From Octopus sinensis (Eukaryota), in the NCBI RefSeq assembly GCF_006345805.1, contig NC_043011.1, forward strand, positions 28,842,464 to 28,906,463: 64,000 nucleotides of DNA, read 5' to 3'. Shown piece after piece: positions 38,498 to 50,599 of the stretch. Each line of letters starts with the position of its first letter. Position 1 is the first letter of the stretch. The notes below the pieces were generated by a model. That model ran no database searches. It was not told the origin of the DNA and was given only the letters and a program-made list of their open reading frames with translations. The translations under genes were made by a program, and so were the position numbers.

Positions 38498-40050
38498 CAT
38501 TGACTAATATTTTGTCTTAGTTAAATTGGCAAATTGGCACAAGACTGCAATACCTTAGAAGATCAGCAGTGATTTGCAATCAAAAGTCTATAGATTACAT
38601 TTTTTGTGTTACATAGTTCATTGGCCTGAATAAACTACGATACAAAGAGAAGATGGGCTGGATGAGGTGTCACAGTCTGAGCCGTTATTTTTCTGTTTAG
38701 AACTAGCTTAAAAGCCGCACTCCATATGGACTTTTAAGCTGCCTACTGTGGAAAGCCAATTGGGCTTGTAGGCCAAAACTAAAGAAAGCAATTATAATAA
38801 AGCATTTGTTGGTACCCTACTAATATGATATTACTTTAAATTCATTTTGAATGAAAAACTTGTAAGTTCACAAATTTTTGAGAGTTCTTTTAAAATTTGA
38901 ATTTTCAACTGTTAGTGTACAACAAATCCTCATCCAGACCTGATCCCAATGCTGGATGTTAAGGAACCAATTGAAGGGCAGATTTTCAATCCTGGGCTCA
39001 TCCTCATTCCAAAAAGTTATAATATGTCTATGTAGAGCAAATGGAGACTAAAATAAAGGGGTCCTAGATGGACAGACAGAATTTCATGCTTGTTATTACA
39101 TGATTGCCTTCCTAGTTGGGTCAGGGACCACATCTCACTCATATGTTCCATTTTTGGCACAGTTTCTACAGTTGGGTACCCTTACCAAAATCAAACATTT
39201 TACAGGGCATACTGAGTGCATTTTATTGTGGTACAGTACCAGAAGGTTGTCAGGTCTCTGACTAAAAGGCCCTCTCTACTCTATGTTGTTTATGGTAATT
39301 TGTCAACCATTTTAAGGAGACCTAGGTGCATTTTATCATGACACCAATCACCTGTCTTCTCTACCCTACATCACTTTTGTTCATTCACCACCCACTTGAC
39401 AGAATATATTTTTATGTTTTATGTTTCAGTCATTAGACTGTGGTCATGCTGGGGCACTGATTGAAGGGTTTTAGTCGAACAAATTGACCCCAGTAAATTT
39501 TCTTTTTAAGTCTGGTACTTATTCTATTGGTCTCTTTTCTTTCTTTTGTTTACCAAACTACTAAGTTACAGGGACGTAATCAAACCAACACCAGTTGTCA
39601 AGCAAGATGGAGAGAAAACACAACCTCAGATACACACACACACACACACACCTACAATGGGTCTCTTTCAGTTCCATCAACCAAATCCATTCACGAGGCT
39701 TTGGTCAGCCTGGTGCTACATTGGAAGACATTTGTTCAAGATGGAACTGAACTCAGAACCATGTGGTTGAGAAGCAAACTTCTTACCACACAGCCAGGTC
39801 TCCACCAATAGAGTATTTTATTGTGGCACCAGCACTGAAGATGTTATCTTGTCCCCAGAAAGGCAACACAACCCTATTAACACTATGCATTATTGTTTCT
39901 CCAAGACAATCTCTCTAGTCATGTGGAACTAATCAGGACTATGTAACACCAAAAACAGTAATCTATAGATTTTTGATTTTTAATCACTGCTGATCTTCTA
40001 ATGTTTCTCAGTCTTGTGCCAATTTTGCTAAAACATACTATTAGTCAATG
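38498..40050. mobile_element. Old element bounded by ~115-bp imperfect inverted repeats, with a nested SINE B (~39410-39800)
   Basis: 38498-38616 is approximately the reverse complement of 39938-40050 (ttggcacaagactg, ttagaagatcagcagtgatt, tctatagattac, gtgttacatagt). Confidence 0.7.
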
Positions 40051-40160
40051 ATTAATATTGATATTTTTCCTCATCACATATTCCTAGTGAGATTTTTTAT
40101 GCTCCCACTATTATGTTAATCCTTACTTAATTGTTCATGAAGCAGATGTTGCAAGTGTAA

Positions 40161-40198
<38 letters not shown>

Positions 40199-40401
40199 GC
40201 ATGCATACATGCCTGTATGAATGTATGTAAACACATGTATATTATGTGTGTGTACCTATATATAGATATGTGTGTGTATATGTGTATGTATATATATATA
40301 TATAACGGGAAGGTTTATGAAAATAAACAAAAGACGAAGGCAGGTGGAGTACAAACAAACAAATGTATTAGTATGGCGCTCAGGAATAGAAATAGAACAA
40401 G

Positions 40402-40439
40402 TCTTTTACGTTTCGAGCCTACGCTCTTCGACAGAAAGA
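40402..40439 (-). ncRNA. Minimal hammerhead-like fold with core variant
   Basis: On - strand: TCTTT|CTGTCGA|A|GAGC-GTAG-GCTC|GAAA|CGT|A|AAAGA. Stems I and II perfect, ACGT palindrome, GUA site; core position 6 is U instead of A. Confidence 0.6.
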
Positions 40440-40507
40440 TACACAGAAAAGAAACAAGGAGAGAAACAAGGAGAGAAAAAAATGCGTGTAGGAGCTAACG
40501 ATCTATC

Positions 40508-40538
<31 letters not shown>

Positions 40539-40766
40539 TGTATGTATATATATATATGTATACATCTGTGTGTGTAACCACCATAATTGTAGACCCACTT
40601 TCCATGCTGATATAGGTAGACCACTTCAGTTGGACCTAACATATGTTCAGAATTTATAGCTCTTCAAAGCAGGTCATGGGACTTCATCTTGTTCATGTTT
40701 CAGATTCTTGCTTGCTTTCTACTGCTGTAACTGATTAATCATCATTTTTTTTTTCCTTTTTTCCAG

Positions 40767-40877
40767 GTGTATCCTTTAGATAAAATGAGCAGAGATAATG
40801 GTGCCATACTCGTCTGCTGCGGCCCAGACAACAATGGAGGACATGGACTTGTCTGTGCACGACACCTTAAACATTTT
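40767..40877 (+). CDS. NAXE: NAXE/YJEFN3-like gene, exon B
   Basis: Poly-T acceptor ttttttccAG, donor GTAAGT at 40878. Encodes [37 protein letters not shown], matching the Yje[18 protein letters not shown] motif region. 111 bp, phase 0/0. Confidence 0.97.
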
Positions 40878-41445
40878 GTAAGTAAACTGATTAAGAAGCT
40901 TAAAAGTAGATCGATCTTTTATTCTTTTACTTGTTTCAGTCATTTGACAGTGGCCATGCTGGAGCACTGCCTTGAAGGGTTTTAGTTGAAGAAATCGACC
41001 CCAGGGCTTGTATTTTTTTTTAATGCCTAGTACTTATTCTATCAGTCTGTTTTGCTGAACTGATAAGTTACAGGATGTGAACACACACCAGCACAAGTTG
41101 TCAAGCTGTGATGGAAGGACAAACACAAAGGCACACATACATACATAGATAGATACTGTCTTCATCTATTGTTTCAAATTACTGTTGTTTACTTTCCTAC
41201 ATCCACCCTGTATTATTTTGTTTGCTCGAGCCCTGATTCTCTGTAAATCTTGTGGGTGACACTGATATATGACGTTCCTAGTCTTATCGTTAAAGGCATG
41301 AAACTAGGTTTTAGTATTTTTCAATTGATAACTGATGAAGTATTAGGGTTCTGGTGTCTGTCCTTCATGTACAGTTTGTAGTACTTAATTCATTTTTCAT
41401 TTATGGAATAACTAAATGCCACACATCCTGATTTTTGTTATATGC

Positions 41446-41494
<49 letters not shown>

Positions 41495-41496
<2 letters not shown>

Positions 41497-41905
41497 TTTT
41501 ACTCTCTTTTACTTGTTTCAGTCATTTGACTGTGGCCATGCTGGAGCACCACCTTTTTAGTCGAGCAAATCGACCCCAGGACTTATTCTTTGTAAGCCTA
41601 GTACTTATTCTATCGGTCTCTTTTGCCGAACCGCTAAGCTATGGGGACATAAACACACCAGCATCGGTTGTCAAGCAATGTTGGGGGGACAAACACAGAC
41701 ACACAAACATACACATACATATATATTTATACATATATACGACAGGCTTCTTTCAGTTTCCGTCTACCAAATCCACTCACAAGGCTTTGGTCGGCCTGAG
41801 GCTATAGTAGAAGACACTTGCCCAAGGTGCCACGCAGTGGGACTGAACCCGGAGCCATGTGGTTGGTAAACAAGCTACTAACCACACAGCCACTCCTACG
41901 CCTAT
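41495..41905 (-). mobile_element. SINE family B, full length (partial copies at 40917-41135 and 41920-42050)
   Basis: Match to the family B consensus. Confidence 0.9.
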
Positions 41906-43317
41906 GTGTATATATATGACAAGCTTCTTTCAGTTTCCATCTACCAAATCCACTCACAAGGCTTTGGTCAGCTCAGAGTTATAGTGAAAGACACTTGCCC
42001 GAAGTGGCATGCAGTGAGACTGAACATGTAACCACATGGGTGGGAAGCAAACCATCCTTGCACTTTTTAAAATGAACAGCTATTTCAAAATTTTACTTAA
42101 AGCATCTTTTCCAAAGTACATATACCCTTATACAATAAAGCAACACCTTTCAGCCATATATATGTTCTAATTTCAGTTTTTTTTCACCCAGACACTAATT
42201 AAATCTACAATATAGTTTGCATCTACCACAAAGTACATTTTCACCAACAGTAAGAACCACTTTAATAACTATTAATATGTGTTCGACCAATCTGCTCCCC
42301 CCGAAAATACTTTAAAACATCTCATAAATTCAGAACATAAACACCATTAACATTACACCATTTAATATATTTATTTACTTAACCTTCAACCAATAAATTT
42401 TGCTTTAACTATCATTATATATAACATAATATAATTTTATTTTTCTTTAATTCATTTCACTATAATTATGGTCTCTGCCCTTTCTAACATGATCTCAAAC
42501 TATTTCTAATACATTAACAATTTAACACTGTAAATTCACATTCCCAATAACTATATACAACATTATACGAATTTAATATTCTAAAACAATTACAATTTAA
42601 ATGTATTTTTTGTTTGAAGAGTTTGTGCCAGTTAATGCCATGTGTTATTTGTAATATATTTTCTGTACAATGAATTCAATTAGACAATACTGTTGCAGCA
42701 ATGAATAACATCCTACTGTTTTCTATAATAGAATAAATTATTTATTTGATATATCAATCATAATTGTCTATAATTGGAACATTATTTAATTTCATATATC
42801 ATCATCCTCATTGTCATCATCATCATCATCATCATCATCATTTAACTTCTGCTTTCCAAGCTGGTATGGGTTAGATGGTTTGCCTGGAACTGGTAAGCTG
42901 GAGAGCTGCACCAGGTTCCTGTCTGGTTTGGCATGGTTTCTACAACTGGATGCCCTTTTTAGTGCTTTTTATGTAAAAATAAGGGTACAGATAAAAGAAG
43001 AGAGGATGAAGATAAAAAAATGAAAAAGGATCAAAGAACTTAGGAAAAGAAATAAAGAGAATAATAAGATGCCAGCACTATTTCTCAAATTTAGGGTTGG
43101 AGCAAGAGATCAAGCAGTGAATTAGTGTCTATTGAATAGATGAAGTTCCAGTTGGTTATGGCCAGTAATTTTATGAATATATTCCTACCTATGGGAGTGT
43201 GAATACATTAAAGGAGGAATGGAGAAGTAGGCATGAATGAAGAAACCAGTTAAATATTTGTTTAAGAATAAAAGTTACAATTTAAGATTTGGAGATCTAA
43301 GAGGTTAAGGTTTAAAG

Positions 43318-43596
43318 CCGTGGTTCCCAAAGTGGGTGATATCCCCGCACCCCGGGGGGTGCAGTGGAAAGTTCCTAGGGGGTGTTGAAGAAAAGTGGGG
43401 CGATAATGGGGTAGTAATTCATGAAAAACAACAAAATAATGGGTTCATTGGATTAAGTTTTACTTGTGAAATACAGTTGCTTTGAATTTGCTTCAGAAAG
43501 AGGTATAGGCTCGTGATGGTTAGTTGGGGTGGGGGAAATAGGAATGTGGCCCAGGTGTCAAGGGGGCGGCAGACTGGAAATGTTTGAGAACCACTG
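43318..43596. mobile_element. hAT (Charlie-like) MITE
   Basis: TIRs ccgtggttcccaaa / tttgagaaccactg; exact 8-bp TSD GTTTAAAG at 43310-17 and 43597-604. Confidence 0.93.
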
Positions 43597-44676
43597 GTTT
43601 AAAGTTTAAGAGATTAAATTAAAACCTGCAGGTTAAAGTAAAGAATTCACAGCTATCTTCTAAGATACTAATGGTGATGGAGAAGATAATGAAGGGATAG
43701 ACATAAGTATATTATAACGACCATGGAAATATGCAAGTAAGTGTTATGTGTGAGGGATAGTTTACACTTGGACTTATGGAAAAATTTAAATGTCCATAAA
43801 AATATGTTTACAAGTTGTGAATGCTTTGTTTTGTTTGTTGAGTAACTGTGGTGAGTTGAGTTAATATCTGGAAGGTCTCCTTTAGGCAGAGCCCAGATTT
43901 AGAGCACTGACCCTGATATGGGATGCCAGAATCTATGATCGTCCAGGATGTCCTATATTGTATTTTCCTATTAATTAGATGGTGTATGTGGCTGGCTTGG
44001 GATGTGGAGGAGCAATGGCTCAGTGGTTAGGGCAGTGGACTCGCGGTCGTAGGATCGCGGTTTCAATTCCCAGACAGGTAATCTAAATGACTAGGTATGC
44101 TAAGTAAGTGCTGTAACGGATTACTAGGGCTCCAAGGTTGCAGATTTCCAAGCAGCAGATATATAATTCTTAAAGAGGACAACAAATGTTGAGGCAAGGC
44201 AAACACCTCAAGTCATATACATTATTATTATTAGAAAAGAAATTCAAAGTCTCACAGCTATTTCTGGGATATCCCAGTGTATGGGATATTTTGTCATTGG
44301 AGACAAATAGGGAAAATGAGAAGGGTTTAGATTAATGAACTTATGATGTAGGAGACAGGAGTAAAGGAATAAAGAGATGAAGAAAGAGAAGAAAAAAGAA
44401 GCATTAAAGTTCAGTTCTACTTTCCAATCTTGTAGAAATAAGTCCATAAGTCCTTAGCTGCAATCCTGCCTAAATCCATGTTGGTTACATGTATATATAT
44501 ACGATAGGTTTCTTTCAGTTTTTGTATACCCAGTCCACTCTGAAGGCTTTGGTTGACCTGAGGCTATAACAGAAGATGCAATGCAAGAAGACTGAACCTA
44601 GAACCATGTGGTTGGGAAACAAGCGTCTTACAACACAGCTGTGCCTATATATATGTGTGTGTGTGTATATATATAA

Positions 44677-45640
44677 ATGAATGAAAGAATGGAGTTGAAC
44701 GAAGATTTTAACAAAATTCCTTTACTCTCAACACATGTTTCGAAATTTGGCATCTTAAGGACAACAATATAACTTTCAAGCTGGATTGGTCCATATTGTC
44801 TGTATCCTTTCCTTTTGATAAGGGCAGGAAATATTGTGGCATTTGTAATTCTGAACTCTTCTATATCCTTTTCGCCAAGTTCCCCTTGGTAAACACACTA
44901 ATAGAAAAATCCTATAAATGTAAGCATTGGCAGAAGCACACTTTCCACTCATATAAATGATAAATAATATAGATAACCTCTTTGATTTTAATAATTAGTT
45001 TCACGTCTACACCACTGCCATAGACAAATTCTTTCTGTCTACTCCGTTGCATGAAACATTACTACTAAATATCGTTGGCGTATGTTTATCTCTTTCTCTC
45101 TACCTCTCCCCCTCTCTTTCTCTCTCTCTCTCTCAATCATACGCACAATCAAACACACAGACACAAATTTGTCACCTCACTACTAAATATATTTGACAAT
45201 TGTCCCCCACACACACACAATTACACACACACACACACAAATGCAGTTATATACACACACTCATACACACACATAAACACTCAAACTTATTAACAAAAGC
45301 AAACACCCGCGCATCCCCATACATACAGCATACATAATGTCCCCTTCCTATTTTTAGAACTTCCACCTTCCAACCAATTTTGACGTCATTGCTTATAACA
45401 GATTATTTTTAAAAAAACACTCATTATCACTGTGGACACCATGTAGGCAGTCATCAAAAAGTCTTTGTTCGTCTTGAGGCTGATAGAGGTTCCTTGTCTT
45501 TCCTGATGAGAAGACAGCATAATGCACCCTTTATTCCTTCGGAATTAAGAGTATGCAGTCTTCGAAACATATGTTGAGAGTAAAGGAATTTTGTTAAAAT
45601 CTTCGTTCAACTCCATTCTTTCATTTATTCATATTTAAAA
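44677..45640 (+). mobile_element. 5'-truncated Penelope-like element: endonuclease C-terminus, 3' pLTR with hammerhead, inverted pLTR tip at the 5' junction
   Basis: Open frame 44742-44960 EIWHLKDNNITFKLDWSIL...PFDKGRKYCGICNSELFYI...LVNTLIEKSYKCKHWQK* matches the PLE GIY-YIG C-terminal CxxC...CxH pattern. 44677-44745 is the reverse complement of ~45561-45635. Confidence 0.88.
45490..45588 (+). ncRNA. Type I hammerhead ribozyme fold
   Basis: Stem I TTCCTTgtCTTTC/GAGAGtaAAGGAA; core CTGATGA 45503-09; stem II GAAGAC.GCATA/TATGC.GTCTTC; GAAA 45564-67; palindromic stem III ACATATGT; site GUU at 45573-75. Confidence 0.85.
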
Positions 45641-45776
45641 AAAACACACAAATTTCCACACAAGAACACGGGGTTTCTGCCCTTGACATGTAGCTTCAAC
45701 CGTGTTTTCTGACGTGAATTTGCTACCCAGGTACCGATTAACCGAATTATCCATACTAGGATAATTCATTCACCTA

Positions 45777-45842
<66 letters not shown>

Positions 45843-46269
45843 GTATATATATATATATATAATGTATGTATAAACACATATATATATATATACATATGTA
45901 TGTATATGTGTACTTGTGTTAGAAGGCTGTCCTAGTTGTTAGGATGATGAATCGTGTTCTTGAGCAAAACACTTTATTTCACATCACTCCAATCCATTCA
46001 GCAGTAAGTGGGGTAAAAGTTGGCAAAGGGCTGGTATGCTGTTCAGGTAAAGAATATTACCTTGCCCACCTAACCAATGGATTAGCATCATTCAAAAGCT
46101 ACCACTATGCAATGAAACATATTTTGCCTAGCTGCATATAACAACATCGAATACACTCTCTCTCTCTCTCACTATATATTTATATATAAAGTCATAGTAC
46201 TGCCTACTTGCTGAGTTACTGTGCATTCTCAGTTATTAAATATATTGCTTCAATGAACTAATTTTCTAC

Positions 46270-46362
46270 TACCAAGATTCATATACATACTTACATACAT
46301 TTATACATACATGCATATATATGTCATTGTATGTCTGCATACATAATACGTACATGCATACG

Positions 46363-46443
<81 letters not shown>

Positions 46444-46593
46444 CATACATATATATATATATACATATGCATATATATATGTGTGTGTGTATGTATGTAT
46501 TATATATTATGTATATATGTATGTATATATATATATGTGTGTGTATGTACATTTGTATCATATATATATATATGTATATACACATATATATAG

Positions 46594-46690
<97 letters not shown>

Positions 46691-46720
46691 TGTATGTATG
46701 CATATATATGTCACCAAGTC
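46270..46720. repeat. Long (TA)n/(TATG)n microsatellite
   Basis: Directly visible; source of several spurious YIYI ORFs. Confidence 0.95.
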
Positions 46721-46977
46721 TAATTCTTTAAAATCTCTGATTCCAGAGTTTCCTACTTTTATCTGAGTTCCATTTCCTAAACCAAGAATATCTGTTGCAC
46801 AACTAGTCTTTAATATATTCTTTCCCCAATGCCACCACAAAATACAAAGGTTATTTCCTCTACCAAGAATAGATTGGTTCAGTTCCATGTTCTTCAATTT
46901 CTAGATATAGGCTAGTCAAAAACAGTCTATATGCTAAAAAAAATATTTTTGAATTATTTTTTCTTAATTTTTGTTTT

Positions 46978-47042
<65 letters not shown>

Positions 47043-47135
47043 TATTGTTGTCTTCATTATCCGTTGTTGTCGTCGTTGCTATTGTGCTTTTTATTCTTAT
47101 TTTTGTTGTTCTTTTTCTTGTTGCTGTTGTTTTTG

Positions 47136-47189
<54 letters not shown>

Positions 47190-47342
47190 GTGGTGGTAGT
47201 AGTTGTATTTTTTTATTTACTTCTGTCTTTATTATTTTAATATTGATTTAATTACTTTGCATTTTCATTTGCAAAAAAAAAAGAAGAATGCAGAATAAAA
47301 CTAGTCTGTTAATGCCTGCCTCTCCCCCTTCTCTGTCCCTCC

Positions 47343-47344
<2 letters not shown>

Positions 47345-47430
<86 letters not shown>
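47345..47430. repeat. (CT)n microsatellite
   Basis: Directly visible. Confidence 0.95.
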
Positions 47431-47436
<6 letters not shown>

Positions 47437-47590
47437 CACTTCATCTTCTGTTCTCTTCTGAACTATTGCTCAGGAATACTTAACTTACAACAGGTATGCA
47501 TGGAGTGCAGACAGTAAAAAGCTAGTGCATACATACAAGTATGTGCATGTATGTATATATGTATGTGTGTATATATGTATATATTATATA

Positions 47591-47643
<53 letters not shown>

Positions 47644-48009
47644 GTATGTATGTATGTATGTATGTATGTATGTATGTATGTTGTATGTATGTATGTACAC
47701 GTCACATGTACATTGACACACATATCTATATGTCTATGTATGCGTAGGCTAAGATGTACAAATGGGAGAACTAGAATTCAATACAAAAGTAGACATGAAC
47801 CACATCAGTAACTCAAAGGCAAAGAGTTTCGGGCTAAAGCACTTGCCAAACTTTTATGAGTGTTTCAGTACGAAACACTAAGCTCTGAAATCACTTTCAG
47901 GTCTTTATAACAATAAAGGCAATATACACGCAGGAAAACACTCTCTCTCTCTTTCTCTCTTTCTCACTCTCTCTCTCTCTTTCTCTCTCACTCTCTCTCA
48001 CACACACAT

Positions 48010-48040
48010 CTATGGATGGATGGATGGATGGATGGATAGT

Positions 48041-48071
<31 letters not shown>

Positions 48072-48080
48072 GTAGATAGA

Positions 48081-48116
<36 letters not shown>

Positions 48117-48181
48117 TAGGCAGGCAGGCAGGCAGGCAGGCAGACAGACAGACAGACAGACAGACAGCTAGCTAGCTAGCG

Positions 48182-48247
<66 letters not shown>

Positions 48248-48250
48248 GTA
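48010..48250. repeat. Compound tetranucleotide array (TGGA/TAGA/CAGA/CAGG/CTAG)
   Basis: Directly visible. Confidence 0.95.
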
Positions 48251-48254
48251 GGTC

Positions 48255-48790
48255 ATCATCATCCTTAAACATTCAGGTTTGACGAGAACAAACAAGCTGG
48301 AGAGCAACACCAGGTTCCAGTCTGATTTGGCTTTGATTTTTATGGCTGGATGTCCCTCATGATACCAACCACTTTACAGTGTGTACTGGGTGCTTTTAAC
48401 ATGGCACCAGCACAAGACTCTTGCAGGCCAATCCTCTTCACCAGGGTATGTGGCCTTAACACTTTTGCTGTGGTGGACAGATCCTCTTGAGTACTGCAAA
48501 GCATCAGATATCTCAGTCCTTTGTCATCTCCTCTGAAAGATTCAGCGTTCTGAGGTCATTCATCAGTACTTTGTCTCATGGGTATCTCTTTTCCACAAGT
48601 CCCATCCACTTTGAATGATCGTACTTCTTAATGGATCTCTCGACATCTAACCACATCACATGACCAAACCAGCACAATCTTCTCTCTTGGACGCTGTATC
48701 TAATTCCTCTTGTGCCTAACTTTTTTCTCAACACACTAGCATTCTGTCACATGTGTGCACTTCCATCGCACATACTGGCCATGTACCAAC
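48255..48790 (-). mobile_element. RTE LINE 3' end
   Basis: Peptide VQERRLCWFGHVMWLD (the RLRWFGHVxR motif), followed by a 3' UTR and a (GAT)n tail. Confidence 0.85.
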
Positions 48791-49148
48791 ACACATGCCT
48801 TTCTCTGAACTATCCATCCTTTCCTCCTTTATTCACTGATGGTCTAGAACCTCTTAAAATAAACACTAATTTATGAGCAGGGACTTCAGATTCTCACAGT
48901 TGCCAGACTAGTTAACTGGTACCTTGCACAGAATAGTATTTGTTGACTTGTATCCTTATTTTAATGTACAGGACATGTATTTCATTTATTTAAGTAAATT
49001 TAATATTTGCTTAATTTAGAATGTTTTGACCCATGGTATTGACTGGTTTAGAAAAATTAGAAATCTAAAAAGGTTTTTGAAAACCAATGTTGTATACAAA
49101 CAGAAATATGATATGTTTACAATTTTTATTTTTTACTATTTTTTGCAG

Positions 49149-49410
49149 GGGTACAAACCATCCATTTTCTACCCTAAAACTTCAAATCAACAAATCTTTG
49201 AAAACCTGAGACTGCAATGTGAGAGAATGGATATGCCATTCCTCTCATTCTTTCCCAGTGAACCACATCTGATAGACTCAGCTTATAATCTTGTGGTTGA
49301 TGCTATCTATGGTAGCTGTCACAAAGAGCGAATCACTGGAGACTTTGCTTCTGTACTAGAGACACTGAAAAAGATTGAAAATCCTCTCGTAAGTTTGGAC
49401 ATTCCTTCAG
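49149..49410 (+). CDS. NAXE: NAXE/YJEFN3-like gene, exon C
   Basis: Acceptor ttttgcAG, donor GTAGGT at 49411. Encodes GYKPSIFYPK...QCERMDMPFLSFFP...YNLVVDAIYG...PLVSLDIPS(G). 262 bp, phase 0/1. Confidence 0.97.
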
Positions 49411-50213
49411 GTAGGTACCCTTCTACTACATTGTTAACAAACACCCAAATATACCTAATTGTAGTTGGTTAGGTTGGTATTACTTAATGCTTAGCTCCAG
49501 TTTGGCTGATTCAGCCCTCAAGCAGAACCGATCAAAGATATTCCAGAGGGACTATCACATGATATTTTCAGACATAAAGTATCTATGACTACATAATTTA
49601 ATGTTTACTGTTCTCATTTTTTTTTTTCACTGGGAGGGGTTTGATTCAAGGTGATATTTGGGTGGTATTTCAAATGCATGAACACACATGGGTCAGTGGT
49701 TAGGATATTCAGCTCATGACGATAAAGTTGTGAGTTTGATTTCTGGTGACACATTGTTTCCTTGAGCAAGACACTTTATTTCACATCACTCCATTCCATT
49801 CATCTGGCAAAAATGAGTAGCACATGTATTTCAAAGGGCCAACTTTGTCACACTCTGTGTCATGCTGAATCTCCCTGAGAATTACTTTAAGGGTACGTAG
49901 AGCTGTGGACTGCTCAGCCACATGCACGTTAATTTCATGAGCAAGTTGTTCTGTTAATTGAATCAACAGGATTTATTTCTAATGCACCATGATTATTTAC
50001 TCTCTCTTCTATTCACCTGCTTGGTCATATTGCTTTCAAGAAACGATGATAGCAGAAAGTAGTGAAGACATTTTAGTAGATCTAGTAAAGCATGAGGCAA
50101 ATTCAGTGGTGCTAGTACCATGATAAAATGTACCCAGTACCTTTTATAAAGTAGTCGCCAGTAAGTGATGCAATGTGGGGTCAAGAGCTCTTCAATCCTA
50201 TATATATATACAT

Positions 50214-50543
50214 ATACAAAATGGGACAAGAACACAAAACATCCAGACAGCTAGATGATACAAGAAAGGGACAACAAAACATCCAGATAAACCATACAAA
50301 GAAAACAAGGACAGGTCATTTAGAGTTTTCTTTTCTCAGTCGAGTTCCAGATTATCTTTGCAATTTTGGCTGGTTATACTTGAGATTGCTCCAATCTGGC
50401 CAACCCCAAGGATCTCGACTGAGGAAAGAAAACTTTGACTGATCAGTCCTTGTTTTCTTTGTATCGTCTATTTGGATTTTTTTTGTACATTTCTTGTATC
50501 ACATAACTGTCTGGATGTTTTGCATTCTTGTCCCATTTTGTAT
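50214..50543. mobile_element. Fold-back element, ~130-bp arms
   Basis: 50214-50344 is approximately the reverse complement of 50414-50543. Confidence 0.85.
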
Positions 50544-50547
50544 TTAT

Positions 50548-50599
<52 letters not shown>

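Noticed and set aside
44700-44765. Second hammerhead on the - strand
   Set aside because: Only the GAAAC/stem III/stem I half is present. Upstream is PLE coding sequence (CTTAAGA, no stem II).
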